DNA from: a bacterium | Lineage (GTDB): Bacteria > Patescibacteriota > Saccharimonadia > Saccharimonadales > UBA4665 | Assembly: GCA_021790875.1 (NCBI GenBank) | Contig: JAJYFN010000001.1 | Coordinates: 3,490 to 67,489 of the forward strand | Direction of reading: 5' to 3' | DNA: 64,000 bases | In this document: positions 1 through 8,669 of the stretch, one piece after another | Layout: each line of letters opens with the position of its first letter | Position numbering within the stretch: position 1 is the first letter of the stretch | The notes under the pieces: generated by a model | Told to the model about the DNA's origin: nothing | The model's database searches: none | What the model saw: only the letters and a program-made list of their open reading frames with translations | Program-made: the position numbers and the translations under genes

Positions 1-90
1 ATAACCTTCATCGATTAGAATCTTTTCACCGTCGCTATGCTGCCATATTCCGAAATCATCAATTAGATAATCTAAAAATGGAGTTAACAT
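1..90 (-). CDS. N-terminal 30 codons of an unidentified protein; gene continues past the left edge
   Basis: Reverse-strand ATG at 90..88 opens MLTPFLDYLIDDFGIWQHSDGEKILIDEGY with no stop before nt 1. It starts 6 nt after the stop of the GT4 gene on the same strand, so it is probably co-transcribed. Too short to assign a family. Confidence 0.3.
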   Translation of the reverse strand, partial: MLTPFLDYLIDDFGIWQHSDGEKILIDEGY

Positions 91-96
91 TGCGTG

Positions 97-1362
97 TTAA
101 ACTTTGGCATTAATTATCTTTAGATAAGATTTACCAACCGCATTCCACGACATTGCTTTGACGTACGGCTTGAGCAGTCTTTTGGTTCTTTGCCTTAACT
201 CTACGTTAGTAATTACTCGATTCACCGTTCTAGAAATAGCAGCATGGTTCTCAAAAGGAACTAAAAAGCCTCTATTGCTGGCCAGTATTTCTTTAGCATA
301 GCGATACGGTGTTGATATAGCTATTAGACCGTTGCCCACGGCATATGCCAGTGTGCCTGAAGCGGATTGTTCGGGATCTCTGTGCGGAGTTAAATATATG
401 TCTGTTATTAATAAATATTTGGATAGTTCCGATGTTGAAACATATTTGTTAATGAACGAAACAGCATAATCAACTCTCAAGCTTTTAGCTAATTTATTTA
501 GGCCGTTAATATAGTTGTTGCCTTGAACGGCTAATATGTCAGGATGAGTTTGACCAATAACGATCAGCCTAACTTCTGGGTGTTTCTTGAGAATCTCCGG
601 CATAGCGAGGATCACTAGGTCAATTCCTTTATTTGGTCCGATTAGGCCGGACATAACTAGGTAGAAGTTTTCTTTGCTAAGTCCTAACTCATCTAGTACT
701 TTGCTACGACTTTCTTTTACAATCGTTGGTGTTCCATGAGGGATGACGACAACTTTACTCTCCGGAATATTGTAGTCCTTGTGCAAGATTACTTTTGAAC
801 TTTGTGTCATCGTGACTACTGATAGCGAAAGCTTTGCAATTCTGTCAATAACCGCTTTTCTTGCTGGGTCGGGCTTGGCGATTACAGTATGCAGCGTAGT
901 GATAATTGGGCTACTTAAGTTATCTAGAGTACTAAATATTAAATCGCCAGTTGGATAGCTGGCCATCACGTTATTTTTTATGAATGATGTAAGATTACCG
1001 CCGTATATACCAAACTCATGCTGCAGCAAGATAGCATCGAGGTTTAATGCGTTTAGTTTAGCTGCTGCTTCCAGGTAGGTTTTTGCGACATCAGCTTTTA
1101 AAACTGCCACAACCCCTCTATCATAATCATATGTTTCGCGTGCATGTTCGGCTGCGGCGATATAAAAGCTAACCCCTGCATCATTATCTTTTATGCCACT
1201 AAGCAAATCACGACTAAAAGTTGCAATACCACATTTTTTAGGAACGTATGTACTAATACATCCGATCCGAAGATCTCTGCCCATAACCTCATTATATCGA
1301 CGTAATAGCAATAACCACGCATAAATTGCAATTACACGTATAGTCTGACCTAAACATTGCAT
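97..1362 (-). CDS. glycosyltransferase family 4 (GT-B, group 1)
   Basis: From M27 (nt 1284) the N-terminus reads MGRDLRIGCISTYVPKKCGIATFSRDL, typical of GT4 enzymes. The C-terminal half has a GT-B donor-binding pattern (GLIGPNKGIDLVI ... PEQSASGTLAYAVGNGLIAIST). The true start is probably 1284, since the first 26 codons look non-coding. Confidence 0.8.
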   Translation of the reverse strand: MQCLGQTIRVIAIYAWLLLLRRYNEVMGRDLRIGCISTYVPKKCGIATFSRDLLSGIKDNDAGVSFYIAAAEHARETYDYDRGVVAVLKADVAKTYLEAAAKLNALNLDAILLQHEFGIYGGNLTSFIKNNVMASYPTGDLIFSTLDNLSSPIITTLHTVIAKPDPARKAVIDRIAKLSLSVVTMTQSSKVILHKDYNIPESKVVVIPHGTPTIVKESRSKVLDELGLSKENFYLVMSGLIGPNKGIDLVILAMPEILKKHPEVRLIVIGQTHPDILAVQGNNYINGLNKLAKSLRVDYAVSFINKYVSTSELSKYLLITDIYLTPHRDPEQSASGTLAYAVGNGLIAISTPYRYAKEILASNRGFLVPFENHAAISRTVNRVITNVELRQRTKRLLKPYVKAMSWNAVGKSYLKIINAKV

Positions 1363-1401
1363 GTCTCTACGTAGTAAATAAGGTCTCCCCTACTGGTTTC
1401 T

Positions 1402-1650
1402 GAGTCCCCTAGTAGACGCGTAACATTTAGTAACTTTGGATGTTGTTAAAGCACAGAAAATGATAATGGAACGAACTCCATGCATAAGATTGAATTATAT
1501 AAACTATTAGTTGATTGTTTCATGGAAGATACGCGCAATTCTGTTACTTCAGTAGATCAAAACTTAAGCTGTCATAGCCTATTACGAAATCGTCTGTTTG
1601 ATACTTCTTGACTAGATTTTCCTGAGTATCCATGTGCCTACTCATATGGA
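1402..1650. repeat. direct repeat copy A (3' end of MBL gene plus ~140 nt downstream)
   Basis: Hand alignment with 15170..15463 in the same orientation. Best blocks are 1431-1470 vs 15207-15246 and 1540-1650 vs 15353-15463, with 12 mismatches counted in 112 nt. Confidence 0.8.
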
Positions 1651-2377
1651 CTGTGTAAACTCGTTTTGCATTAATCTTAGCTTTTAAGTCTTTGACATCA
1701 TCTATGGTCATGTGGAACCACTCGGTACCTAAATCAGGGGTTGATATTCCGCAGTCGGTATATACTTTCTTAATCTGTTCTTGATTCTCGGAAAATGTAT
1801 CAGCAAAAAGCACATTGACATTCTTAAGCGAATCAATTGTCTGTCTTTTAAGCTTTCCATTAGTATCCGTAACAACTGCTATCTTTTTATTGCGGTATTT
1901 AAAAATAAATCCACTGGTTGGAAAGTCGTGGCTTAGTTCTATCGGCAGAACGGTGAGATCATCATTTAATTTAATTTCTTTGAAGTTGCTAAATGTTCTA
2001 AATTCTAAGACTTGTTCAGCTTCCAAATACTTCCAATAATCTATGAGCTTGTGATTAAGTGGGTTATCGCCGTACCATAAGACTTGAGGTTTTGGATTCC
2101 TAAAGAAAAACTCTCCTAAGCCATTAATGTGATCTGAATGATGATGAGTGACAAATATATGGTCAATGTCCTTAAGTTCAAGGTCTGCACTTAAGCATTG
2201 CCACTTAAGATCAGGGTTTGGATCGATCAATATCTTTAAGGTGTCTATTTCCAGCAAAAGACCAAATCTATATCTTTTAGATTTTGGGTCTAGGCAGGTT
2301 GCACATTTACAGCCAGCTATAGGTGTGCCTATTGTATCTCCAGAGCCTAGTATTGTGCATTTAAATTTTGCTGGCAT
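1544..2377 (-). CDS. MBL-fold metallo-hydrolase, PhnP-like cyclic phosphodiesterase family
   Basis: HxHxDH motif (VTHHHSDHINGLG) plus an N-terminal cysteine knuckle GTPIAGCKCATC, as in PhnP-type enzymes. Confidence 0.75.
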   Translation of the reverse strand: MPAKFKCTILGSGDTIGTPIAGCKCATCLDPKSKRYRFGLLLEIDTLKILIDPNPDLKWQCLSADLELKDIDHIFVTHHHSDHINGLGEFFFRNPKPQVLWYGDNPLNHKLIDYWKYLEAEQVLEFRTFSNFKEIKLNDDLTVLPIELSHDFPTSGFIFKYRNKKIAVVTDTNGKLKRQTIDSLKNVNVLFADTFSENQEQIKKVYTDCGISTPDLGTEWFHMTIDDVKDLKAKINAKRVYTVHMSRHMDTQENLVKKYQTDDFVIGYDSLSFDLLK

Positions 2378-2556
2378 TGAGTCTCCTTATAGCTAATTGC
2401 GGTAGGACTTTTGTAATACAACGCTTCCTCACAATTTACGAGCATTATATAACCTTAAATGAGCTTTAAGCATAATATATAGTACTCAGGATACTGAATA
2501 GAACATTAGTACGTAATTTTCTAACGTCGGGTTCAGCAAATAGAAAGATATCTATA

Positions 2557-3036
2557 CTAACTAGTTAATGTGATATTAGCGAGTACTCGCCGATTGGCAT
2601 CATCTGCGTCACTAACCTTTGAAGTTAGTGATATATCATTTATTGGTACTACTTGGCCTACCACTACCCTTTTTGAGCCATAGACTGAGATATGCGGCGT
2701 AAAATTATCTCCGTTAAACTGGGGATTTCTGAGAGTTGCACCTTCTCTTTCCAGTTGTCTAATAATTGCCCCATGAAGGGCGGTAAGTTGAGGTGTAAGT
2801 TCTAAAGTAGTAACTAGAATATCTTTGTTTATACCATAGAGTTCATCAGCTATTGCTCTAGTAGTCAGTACTTGCTGACCTGCTAGTATTGCCTTGAGCT
2901 TCACCGCAAGTTCGTCAACACTTTGTTCAGTTTCAAACGAATCGATGTGTGTCAGGTGTAGTGGCAGATTATCAAACGTGAACTCTTGTCCAACAGGATG
3001 GTCTTCGTAAATTGTTGCAAGTCCGTAGCTAGGCAT
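2557..3036 (-). CDS. 2H phosphoesterase superfamily protein (LigT / 2'-5' RNA ligase-like)
   Basis: 159 aa with two H-x-T/S motifs at the expected spacing (PLHLTHID and TPHISVYG). Confidence 0.55.
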   Translation of the reverse strand: MPSYGLATIYEDHPVGQEFTFDNLPLHLTHIDSFETEQSVDELAVKLKAILAGQQVLTTRAIADELYGINKDILVTTLELTPQLTALHGAIIRQLEREGATLRNPQFNGDNFTPHISVYGSKRVVVGQVVPINDISLTSKVSDADDANRRVLANITLTS

Positions 3037-3278
3037 TTAACTACTATAATAGACGCTACAAGATATTCTGTGCAATTGAACTACCATTGATATAAGTCTT
3101 GACTAACGCTAATTGATGAGCACCGCAGTTTTAAAGCGAATGAACAAAACGTAAAAATGGCTAGATGATATTTTAAGTATGCGAAGATTGAAATTAGGTG
3201 CCCATACATACTTTGCCGCAAAAAGAACCTGTGCTATGTTAATAGAGATTGTGAGCTAAAGAAAGTCAAATTAGCAGT

Positions 3279-3767
3279 ATGTTCGAGCGCGGCGAATTAC
3301 TTAGCTTCAATGAACAGTGGAACAGCCCCTGCAACCCTCTTGTGCTTCGTTTGCTACATACATATGAGAACCGTTCACAGGATGACACGTTGTTCGGCAT
3401 TACCGGTGATCTGGATAACCTTGATGTATATGTAGCTCGTAATGGCCAGGCTCGAGCAGAAGTGCTGGTAGATTTATATAACCAGGTTGTACGCAATAGC
3501 GTCATTGAGCCGTCCCTAGACCATGGTGTCACCGATATCTGCTTTGTACCAAGCGGTGAAAAAGTATTCTGCCTCGGCATAACACCGGATGTCGAAACCG
3601 CACGAACCACATTCTTTGCTTCAAAGCCCAAGGTTATGGAAACTATGCAGTCGCAAGACATGCTAGATATTGAAATGACGGCTGCCAGTTTCGGAGGAGA
3701 GGTATTTGCTGATGAGTATGACAATATAATCCATTCCCTAGTGACGGATAATATCCGTGGCTACTGA
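3279..3767 (+). CDS. small stand-alone protein with a degenerate GGDEF-like (palm / nucleotidyl-cyclase-like) pattern; function unknown
   Basis: Blocks match the GGDEF layout. GDLDNLDVYVARNGQARAEVLV resembles DxDxFKxxNDxxGHxxGDxVL. CFVPSGEKVFCLGITPDVETARTTF resembles RxGGDEFxxxLPxTxxxxA. EMTAASFGG resembles TxSxGxA. The signature pentapeptide is SGEKV. The coding call is supported by overlap-coupling to the next gene and by the poor quality of the antisense ORF. Confidence 0.45.
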   Translation: MFERGELLSFNEQWNSPCNPLVLRLLHTYENRSQDDTLFGITGDLDNLDVYVARNGQARAEVLVDLYNQVVRNSVIEPSLDHGVTDICFVPSGEKVFCLGITPDVETARTTFFASKPKVMETMQSQDMLDIEMTAASFGGEVFADEYDNIIHSLVTDNIRGY

Positions 3768-4485
3768 AACTAATTATCTCCGATCGAGTACGGTACTTTT
3801 ATCAGGGGGTGCTCAGTTGCGTGACGGTGACGAGGGGCTTATTGATAAATACATCATAGATTTGTTGACCCGCAAACCGGTCTTACGTTTGGTTTTTATC
3901 CCCACCGCCAGCAGGGACAACGAGAAATATATAGAGTTATTCACGAAAACGTTCCGGACAGAAAACGTCAAAATAAGCATTCTTAAGATGTTTGCTCAAA
4001 ACGTTTCCAGCAAACAGGTCGTCGCAGACCTGGCTAAAGCTGACATAATTTATCTGGGAGGTGGCGATCCGTCACTATATTTGACAGCCGACGAAAAATA
4101 TCCGCTCAGGAGTGGCATAGAGGCGGCCATTGCACGGGGTGCTATCGTTTATGGCTTGAGTGCCGGAGCTACGATCTTGGGCGATGTTTCTATCAACTTT
4201 GAATTTTCGGAAGGTAGTGCAGAAGTATCTAGCTTCACTTTTGAAAATGGCTGGAGAATGTTACCGTTTTCGGTAGCAACCCATGCAGAGCACTACGATC
4301 AGTCTGTAATTGCTAAGGGCATATCATCCCATTTGCCTATACTATATCTGCCCAGTAAAGCTATCGTTGCCGTATCGGAATATGGAAAACTGCAGCTTCT
4401 TAGGTCCGACCCGAAGCTAGAGACGATTCTTTTTAAGGAAGGTATACCGAGGATTATTACAAAACAGAGACGATCCGCTCTTTAG
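3757..4485 (+). CDS. peptidase S51 family protein (dipeptidase E / cyanophycinase-like)
   Basis: LRLVFIPTASRD N-terminal strand, IIYLGGGDP, and nucleophile elbow GLSAGATILGD. The GTG start at 3757 overlaps the upstream stop (TGA 3765-3767) by 11 nt. Confidence 0.7.
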   Translation: MATETNYLRSSTVLLSGGAQLRDGDEGLIDKYIIDLLTRKPVLRLVFIPTASRDNEKYIELFTKTFRTENVKISILKMFAQNVSSKQVVADLAKADIIYLGGGDPSLYLTADEKYPLRSGIEAAIARGAIVYGLSAGATILGDVSINFEFSEGSAEVSSFTFENGWRMLPFSVATHAEHYDQSVIAKGISSHLPILYLPSKAIVAVSEYGKLQLLRSDPKLETILFKEGIPRIITKQRRSAL

Positions 4486-4760
4486 AGCATGGCGATACGG
4501 TTAGTCTGGCATCGCTTAATCGCTACTGCTTCGACATCGCTGATAAACTCTATTATGAGCATTTTGCTGACGATAAACCTTTACTCTGTATGTCTAGCGC
4601 TGGGTCGACTTCACTGGTCTTATCAACCGGCACGACAACGTTTCGGTATATCATGGAACTTATTCTCTCTTCGTCGCTTTTGCTCCACGACAATACCTAT
4701 CTTTATCGTATGCAATAAGACACTTATTACTTATTGTTCCATTAGTATTTACATGGGTTA

Positions 4761-4768
4761 TGTATAAT
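4761..4768 (+). promoter_or_regulatory. extended -10 element (TGTATAAT) 7 nt upstream of the kinase ATG; candidate leaderless transcript
   Basis: TGTATAAT at 4761-4768, then aaatttc, then ATG at 4776. No Shine-Dalgarno sequence is present. Confidence 0.4.
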
Positions 4769-4775
4769 AAATTTC

Positions 4776-5711
4776 ATGGCATATAAGAAGACTGGACAAT
4801 TTCTCGCAGAGCATATGACTGTTGCAGATTTTTTGAAACAATATGCGATTACAGATTTCACATTTCTAAAAGCCCCAACCGGAATTGAGAATACAACCTT
4901 AATTATTACAACTAAGATTAATAAATATATTCTTAGGATATATCGCTACGGTCATAAGAAAGAAGATGAGATATTGTTAGAACTTGGCTTTATGCACAAG
5001 CTTCGCTCAGCCAAATTACCTGTGCCAGAAGTTATATTAAATACAAGTAACAAACTTATCACAACCAGAACCGAAAACGGACTAGTATGGCACGCAATAT
5101 TGATGGAATTTATATCAGGACATCATGCCGATAACTACTCCCCCGGCATTATTAAAGAATTCGCAATGAATCAGGCAAAAATGCATCTTATTGGCATCGA
5201 GGCAGCTTCAGAGCTCTTTCCTCCATCAAAAATTTCACAACTCAAAGAAACAGAGTTCATCCATTTGTTACCCTCAAGCAGCATGACAAATCAAAAGATA
5301 CGTAAATTAATTGAAAGAGCTCGAGATTATAGATTAGAGTTTAGTGATAAATTATCTTTTGGGTACAGTCACTTCGATTATGATATAGAAAATACGCTTG
5401 TTGATGACGATAATCACTTAAAAGCTATATTAGATTTTGATGACTTACAGTATGCTCCTGTAGTTATGTGCTTGGCATATACGTTATGGCACGTTCTTAT
5501 AGTTACAGACTCGCCAGAATCAGTGCGTCGGTATATAAATGCCTATGAGTCAATTAGATCTCTATCGAATGAAGAAAAAAAAATTATTCCTTCAATAATG
5601 CTTTTCAGGCATTATGTTTTGGCTTCACTTACCTTATTAAGAGGAGAACTGGACGCACAATTAGACTATTATCTACGGCTGGAAAAATTCATACAGACGG
5701 TCAAGTATTAA
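4776..5711 (+). CDS. APH/choline-kinase-type phosphotransferase (homoserine kinase II-like fold), probable sugar or small-molecule kinase
   Basis: Catalytic loop HFDYDIENTL (HxDxxxxN) and ILDFDD metal-binding motif. Confidence 0.7.
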   Translation: MAYKKTGQFLAEHMTVADFLKQYAITDFTFLKAPTGIENTTLIITTKINKYILRIYRYGHKKEDEILLELGFMHKLRSAKLPVPEVILNTSNKLITTRTENGLVWHAILMEFISGHHADNYSPGIIKEFAMNQAKMHLIGIEAASELFPPSKISQLKETEFIHLLPSSSMTNQKIRKLIERARDYRLEFSDKLSFGYSHFDYDIENTLVDDDNHLKAILDFDDLQYAPVVMCLAYTLWHVLIVTDSPESVRRYINAYESIRSLSNEEKKIIPSIMLFRHYVLASLTLLRGELDAQLDYYLRLEKFIQTVKY

Positions 5712-5715
5712 ATTT

Positions 5716-6855
5716 ATGAGCATACCGTATTCTAGGCACAATATTACTAATGAGGATATTAAAAGTGTAGTAACTGCATTAAAATCGGGAGTTCTTACTG
5801 GAGGTCAGCAATTAACTGGTTTTGAAACAGAGCTTTCGGGCTATGTAGGAAGTAAACATGCAGTAGGAGTATCGAGCGGAACTGCTGGTTTACACTTAGC
5901 TGTTGAAGCTTTGAAGACTACTGAAAATGTCGGTAAGACGGTCTTGGTGCCTTCATTGACATTTTCAGCAACTGCCAATGCAGCTTTGTATGCCGGTTTA
6001 AAGATCGAGTTCGTAGATATAGACCCTACCTCTCTATTAGTTGATATCAAAGAAATTGAAACGAAATTAGCTTCTAGCCCAACTAAATATGCAGGAATTA
6101 TTGCTGTTGATTTTGCTGGCATGCCTCTTGATATTATTAAACTTGCAAAACTATGTAAGCAGTATGGGGTCTGGCTGGTTGATGATGCAGCTCATGCACT
6201 TGGAGCAGCATCACACTACGGCGGTAAAATGGTCAAAGTGGGTAGTGGTGAATTTGCGAATGCAACCGTATTCTCATTTCATCCAGCTAAACACATCACC
6301 ACCGCCGAAGGAGGTATGGTAACCCTTAATGATATTAATATGGCATATAATCTAAGACTTTTACGATCCCACTCAATGGACAAGACTACACTAAAGAGTG
6401 AAACAGAGGGTTGGTACTATCAGATTGATAAGCTAGGATACAATTATAGACTTAGTGAGATTCATGCTGCACTTGGGCGCAGTCAGCTCAAACGTATCCA
6501 GGCAAATATTGAGCGTCGTAGAGAACTCGCTAATAGGTATAGTGAAGAGTTTTCTAAGATAAATGTTGAAATCCCTACAGGTGAAAGTGTTTCGGGGCAC
6601 GCATACCACCTTTACATTATTGAAGTAGCAAATCGAAAAAAAGTATATGATACTTTACATGCTAAGGGAATATTGGCTCAAGTGCATTATGTTCCTCTTC
6701 ATATGCAACCATATTATCGTAATATAGTAGGCTCAATACGCTTGCCTAACACAGAAGCATATTATAAAAAATCACTTAGTATACCAATGTATTCGACTCT
6801 AACAGATAAAGAACAAGATATTGTTATCGAGTTAGTTAAAAAGTCGGTACGTTAA
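5716..6855 (+). CDS. DegT/DnrJ/EryC1/StrS-family PLP aminotransferase, PseC-like nucleotide-sugar transaminase
   Basis: The IPYSRHNITNEDI N-terminus, GTAGLHLAVEAL, DDAAHALGA and FSFHPAKHITTAEGGMV (PLP-lysine region) all match sugar 4-aminotransferases of the PseC type. Confidence 0.85.
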   Translation: MSIPYSRHNITNEDIKSVVTALKSGVLTGGQQLTGFETELSGYVGSKHAVGVSSGTAGLHLAVEALKTTENVGKTVLVPSLTFSATANAALYAGLKIEFVDIDPTSLLVDIKEIETKLASSPTKYAGIIAVDFAGMPLDIIKLAKLCKQYGVWLVDDAAHALGAASHYGGKMVKVGSGEFANATVFSFHPAKHITTAEGGMVTLNDINMAYNLRLLRSHSMDKTTLKSETEGWYYQIDKLGYNYRLSEIHAALGRSQLKRIQANIERRRELANRYSEEFSKINVEIPTGESVSGHAYHLYIIEVANRKKVYDTLHAKGILAQVHYVPLHMQPYYRNIVGSIRLPNTEAYYKKSLSIPMYSTLTDKEQDIVIELVKKSVR

Positions 6856-7754
6856 TGCAACTCTCACTTTCATTTCTTGCAACTGATTTAAGACAGCTAC
6901 CTGATTTAGGAGCATACGGTAATACTGCTGTAGAGGCCGTGCTATTTCAAGAAGCTGATTTGTTAGATAGTCCATGGAAACTTGCTTGGGAGAATACTGA
7001 AAAGGCTGTGCGCCTTTATGGAAATAAACATGTAACATTTCACTTTCCAATGAATGGCAGTGATTATGTAAAAAATAAAAAGGTTTTCAAAAGACTTATT
7101 GAAGCCTATAAGCGTGCATCAGATTTAGGTTTAAATGGTTTAGTAGTTCATTCTAATCGAATACGACCAGCACATGAGTGGTCCAAATTTGATGTCTCCC
7201 AAGAGCAAAGAGCTGTTCTAGAACGGTTACTTGACGTCATAGATAAAAATTTCGATAAAAATACTTGGCTTGGGCTTGAGAATATGCCTTTAATAGGAAA
7301 TGCTGGGTATGAACTGGACCCATTATTTTGTTTGGCAAAAGATTTTCTTATCCTACCTGATCGATTGTCAGTAGTATGGGATATATGTCATGCAACTAGC
7401 TCTATTGAATATGTCAAAAAAATAAAGAGTTCTGAAAATTTGAAAGGACTTAACATGCGACATGCTTCTAAAGAAGATTTTGATTTTACGCTAATCTATA
7501 TGAAAGTTAGACACTGGCACTTTGCGTCCTTTAAGAACCTAAATATACCACGTGAGAGATCTTCGTTAATTGATGGTTTGCTTCCCAGCGAAGGTATGCT
7601 GAGGCCTTTAATTTATGAAAATTTATTAAAACAGATTGCTAGATATAGTGATAAAGATTCAACTGTAAATTTTGAGGTACAGGAAACAGATTATGTACAA
7701 CGCAGAAGAGGTCCCGAGATTATAGATTGGGCAAAATACATACTAGACATTTAG
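6855..7754 (+). CDS. xylose-isomerase-like TIM-barrel protein (sugar-phosphate isomerase/epimerase family)
   Basis: LVVHSN, WLGLENM and VVWDICHA blocks in the order expected for AP_endonuc_2/xylose-isomerase-like barrels. ATG overlaps the upstream stop. Confidence 0.5.
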   Translation: MQLSLSFLATDLRQLPDLGAYGNTAVEAVLFQEADLLDSPWKLAWENTEKAVRLYGNKHVTFHFPMNGSDYVKNKKVFKRLIEAYKRASDLGLNGLVVHSNRIRPAHEWSKFDVSQEQRAVLERLLDVIDKNFDKNTWLGLENMPLIGNAGYELDPLFCLAKDFLILPDRLSVVWDICHATSSIEYVKKIKSSENLKGLNMRHASKEDFDFTLIYMKVRHWHFASFKNLNIPRERSSLIDGLLPSEGMLRPLIYENLLKQIARYSDKDSTVNFEVQETDYVQRRRGPEIIDWAKYILDI

Positions 7755-8669
7755 ATATAGAACAGGCTCAATATTTCCACCGTACCGAAGTTTTGCTTCT
7801 AGAAGTGATTTGCTGTGAGAAGAGCCCATGTTAAAAAATCGTAAATGTTCCAGCTCTGCGCAATTGATCATTTCCCAAATTAGAGCTTGATTTGCTGAAC
7901 TATAGGACGATGAGCGATTCCAGCCATGATATAGATGAAAGAGTTCGTGCTGGTTACTTATTGCAATCGACATTGCCTCTACTTTTCCATGGAGTTCAGC
8001 GACAAAAAGTCGACTTTTAATAATATTTGAGCGCGTACCTAATAAAGTTTCCACAAGACCTTTATCGGTAACATATATACTTCCGACATCTCGTTGAGTT
8101 TTCTGAAGTAATCTTGTGCTCATAGCTATAACTTCATTTTCATTCAAGCTAACTTCTCTAACTAATACACCAGTACGTTGTGATTTACGAATAGCCGTCC
8201 TTACATTGCCAGTTATTATATGGTTAAAAGTTTTTTCAGCACTGCCAGAGAGTGTAATCTTGACTGTATTATCTATTCTGTCTCGGGGATTAAGTTTTAT
8301 ATCTAGCCAATTGGCAGAAGGAAATAAAGAAGCATGTATTTTATTAGTATTAAAATGTTTAAGAATAAATTCTAATAGATTAATGATTCGCTCGTATTCT
8401 TTTTGGAAGCTAGTGATTTTATGCAAGGGCAAAGGTCCACCATATCCTATCGCACTAGTCGAAATCTCTCCTTGTTTAAGCCAAGGGAGATCTTGAAATA
8501 TTGGTATTATCCATGAGCAGCTTTCTTCTTCTGCGAGTAATAATGTAAGGTCTGCTTTAAAGAAATGAGAGAGCATATTATACCAATCGTAAGTATGAAA
8601 AGGTGCCGTGTAGAGTTTGCTATCAAGTAGTTTTTGCCATTGAGCCCCGTTTATATAAAATAGTTTCAT
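7743..8669 (-). CDS. FemAB-like / GNAT-fold acyl(aminoacyl)transferase (Acetyltransf_6-like)
   Basis: About 300 aa. The N-terminus FHTYDWYNML and the C-terminal block LFVAELHGKVEAMSIAI...LYHGWN...SANQALIWEMI resemble FemAB/CelD-type GNAT duplications. Assignment is by pattern only. Confidence 0.45.
   Translation of the reverse strand: MKLFYINGAQWQKLLDSKLYTAPFHTYDWYNMLSHFFKADLTLLLAEEESCSWIIPIFQDLPWLKQGEISTSAIGYGGPLPLHKITSFQKEYERIINLLEFILKHFNTNKIHASLFPSANWLDIKLNPRDRIDNTVKITLSGSAEKTFNHIITGNVRTAIRKSQRTGVLVREVSLNENEVIAMSTRLLQKTQRDVGSIYVTDKGLVETLLGTRSNIIKSRLFVAELHGKVEAMSIAISNQHELFHLYHGWNRSSSYSSANQALIWEMINCAELEHLRFFNMGSSHSKSLLEAKLRYGGNIEPVLYLNV

Noticed and set aside
1363-1481. 31-aa ORF (MHGVRSIIIFCALTTSKVTKCYASTRGLRNQ) in repeat copy A
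   Set aside because: The equivalent frame in copy B has no start codon. Only the 11-codon sORF is preserved in both copies.
3266-3724. 152-aa reverse-strand ORF antisense to the GGDEF-like gene
   Set aside because: It is Ser/Thr/Arg-rich and low-complexity with no motif. The forward ORF has domain-like blocks and is overlap-coupled to the next gene. I treated it as a shadow ORF.
4489-4767. 92-aa forward ORF in the S51-kinase spacer
   Set aside because: Odd composition, no SD or promoter, no motif. A different frame looks more protein-like but lacks a start codon. The region is reported as a possible remnant rather than a CDS.
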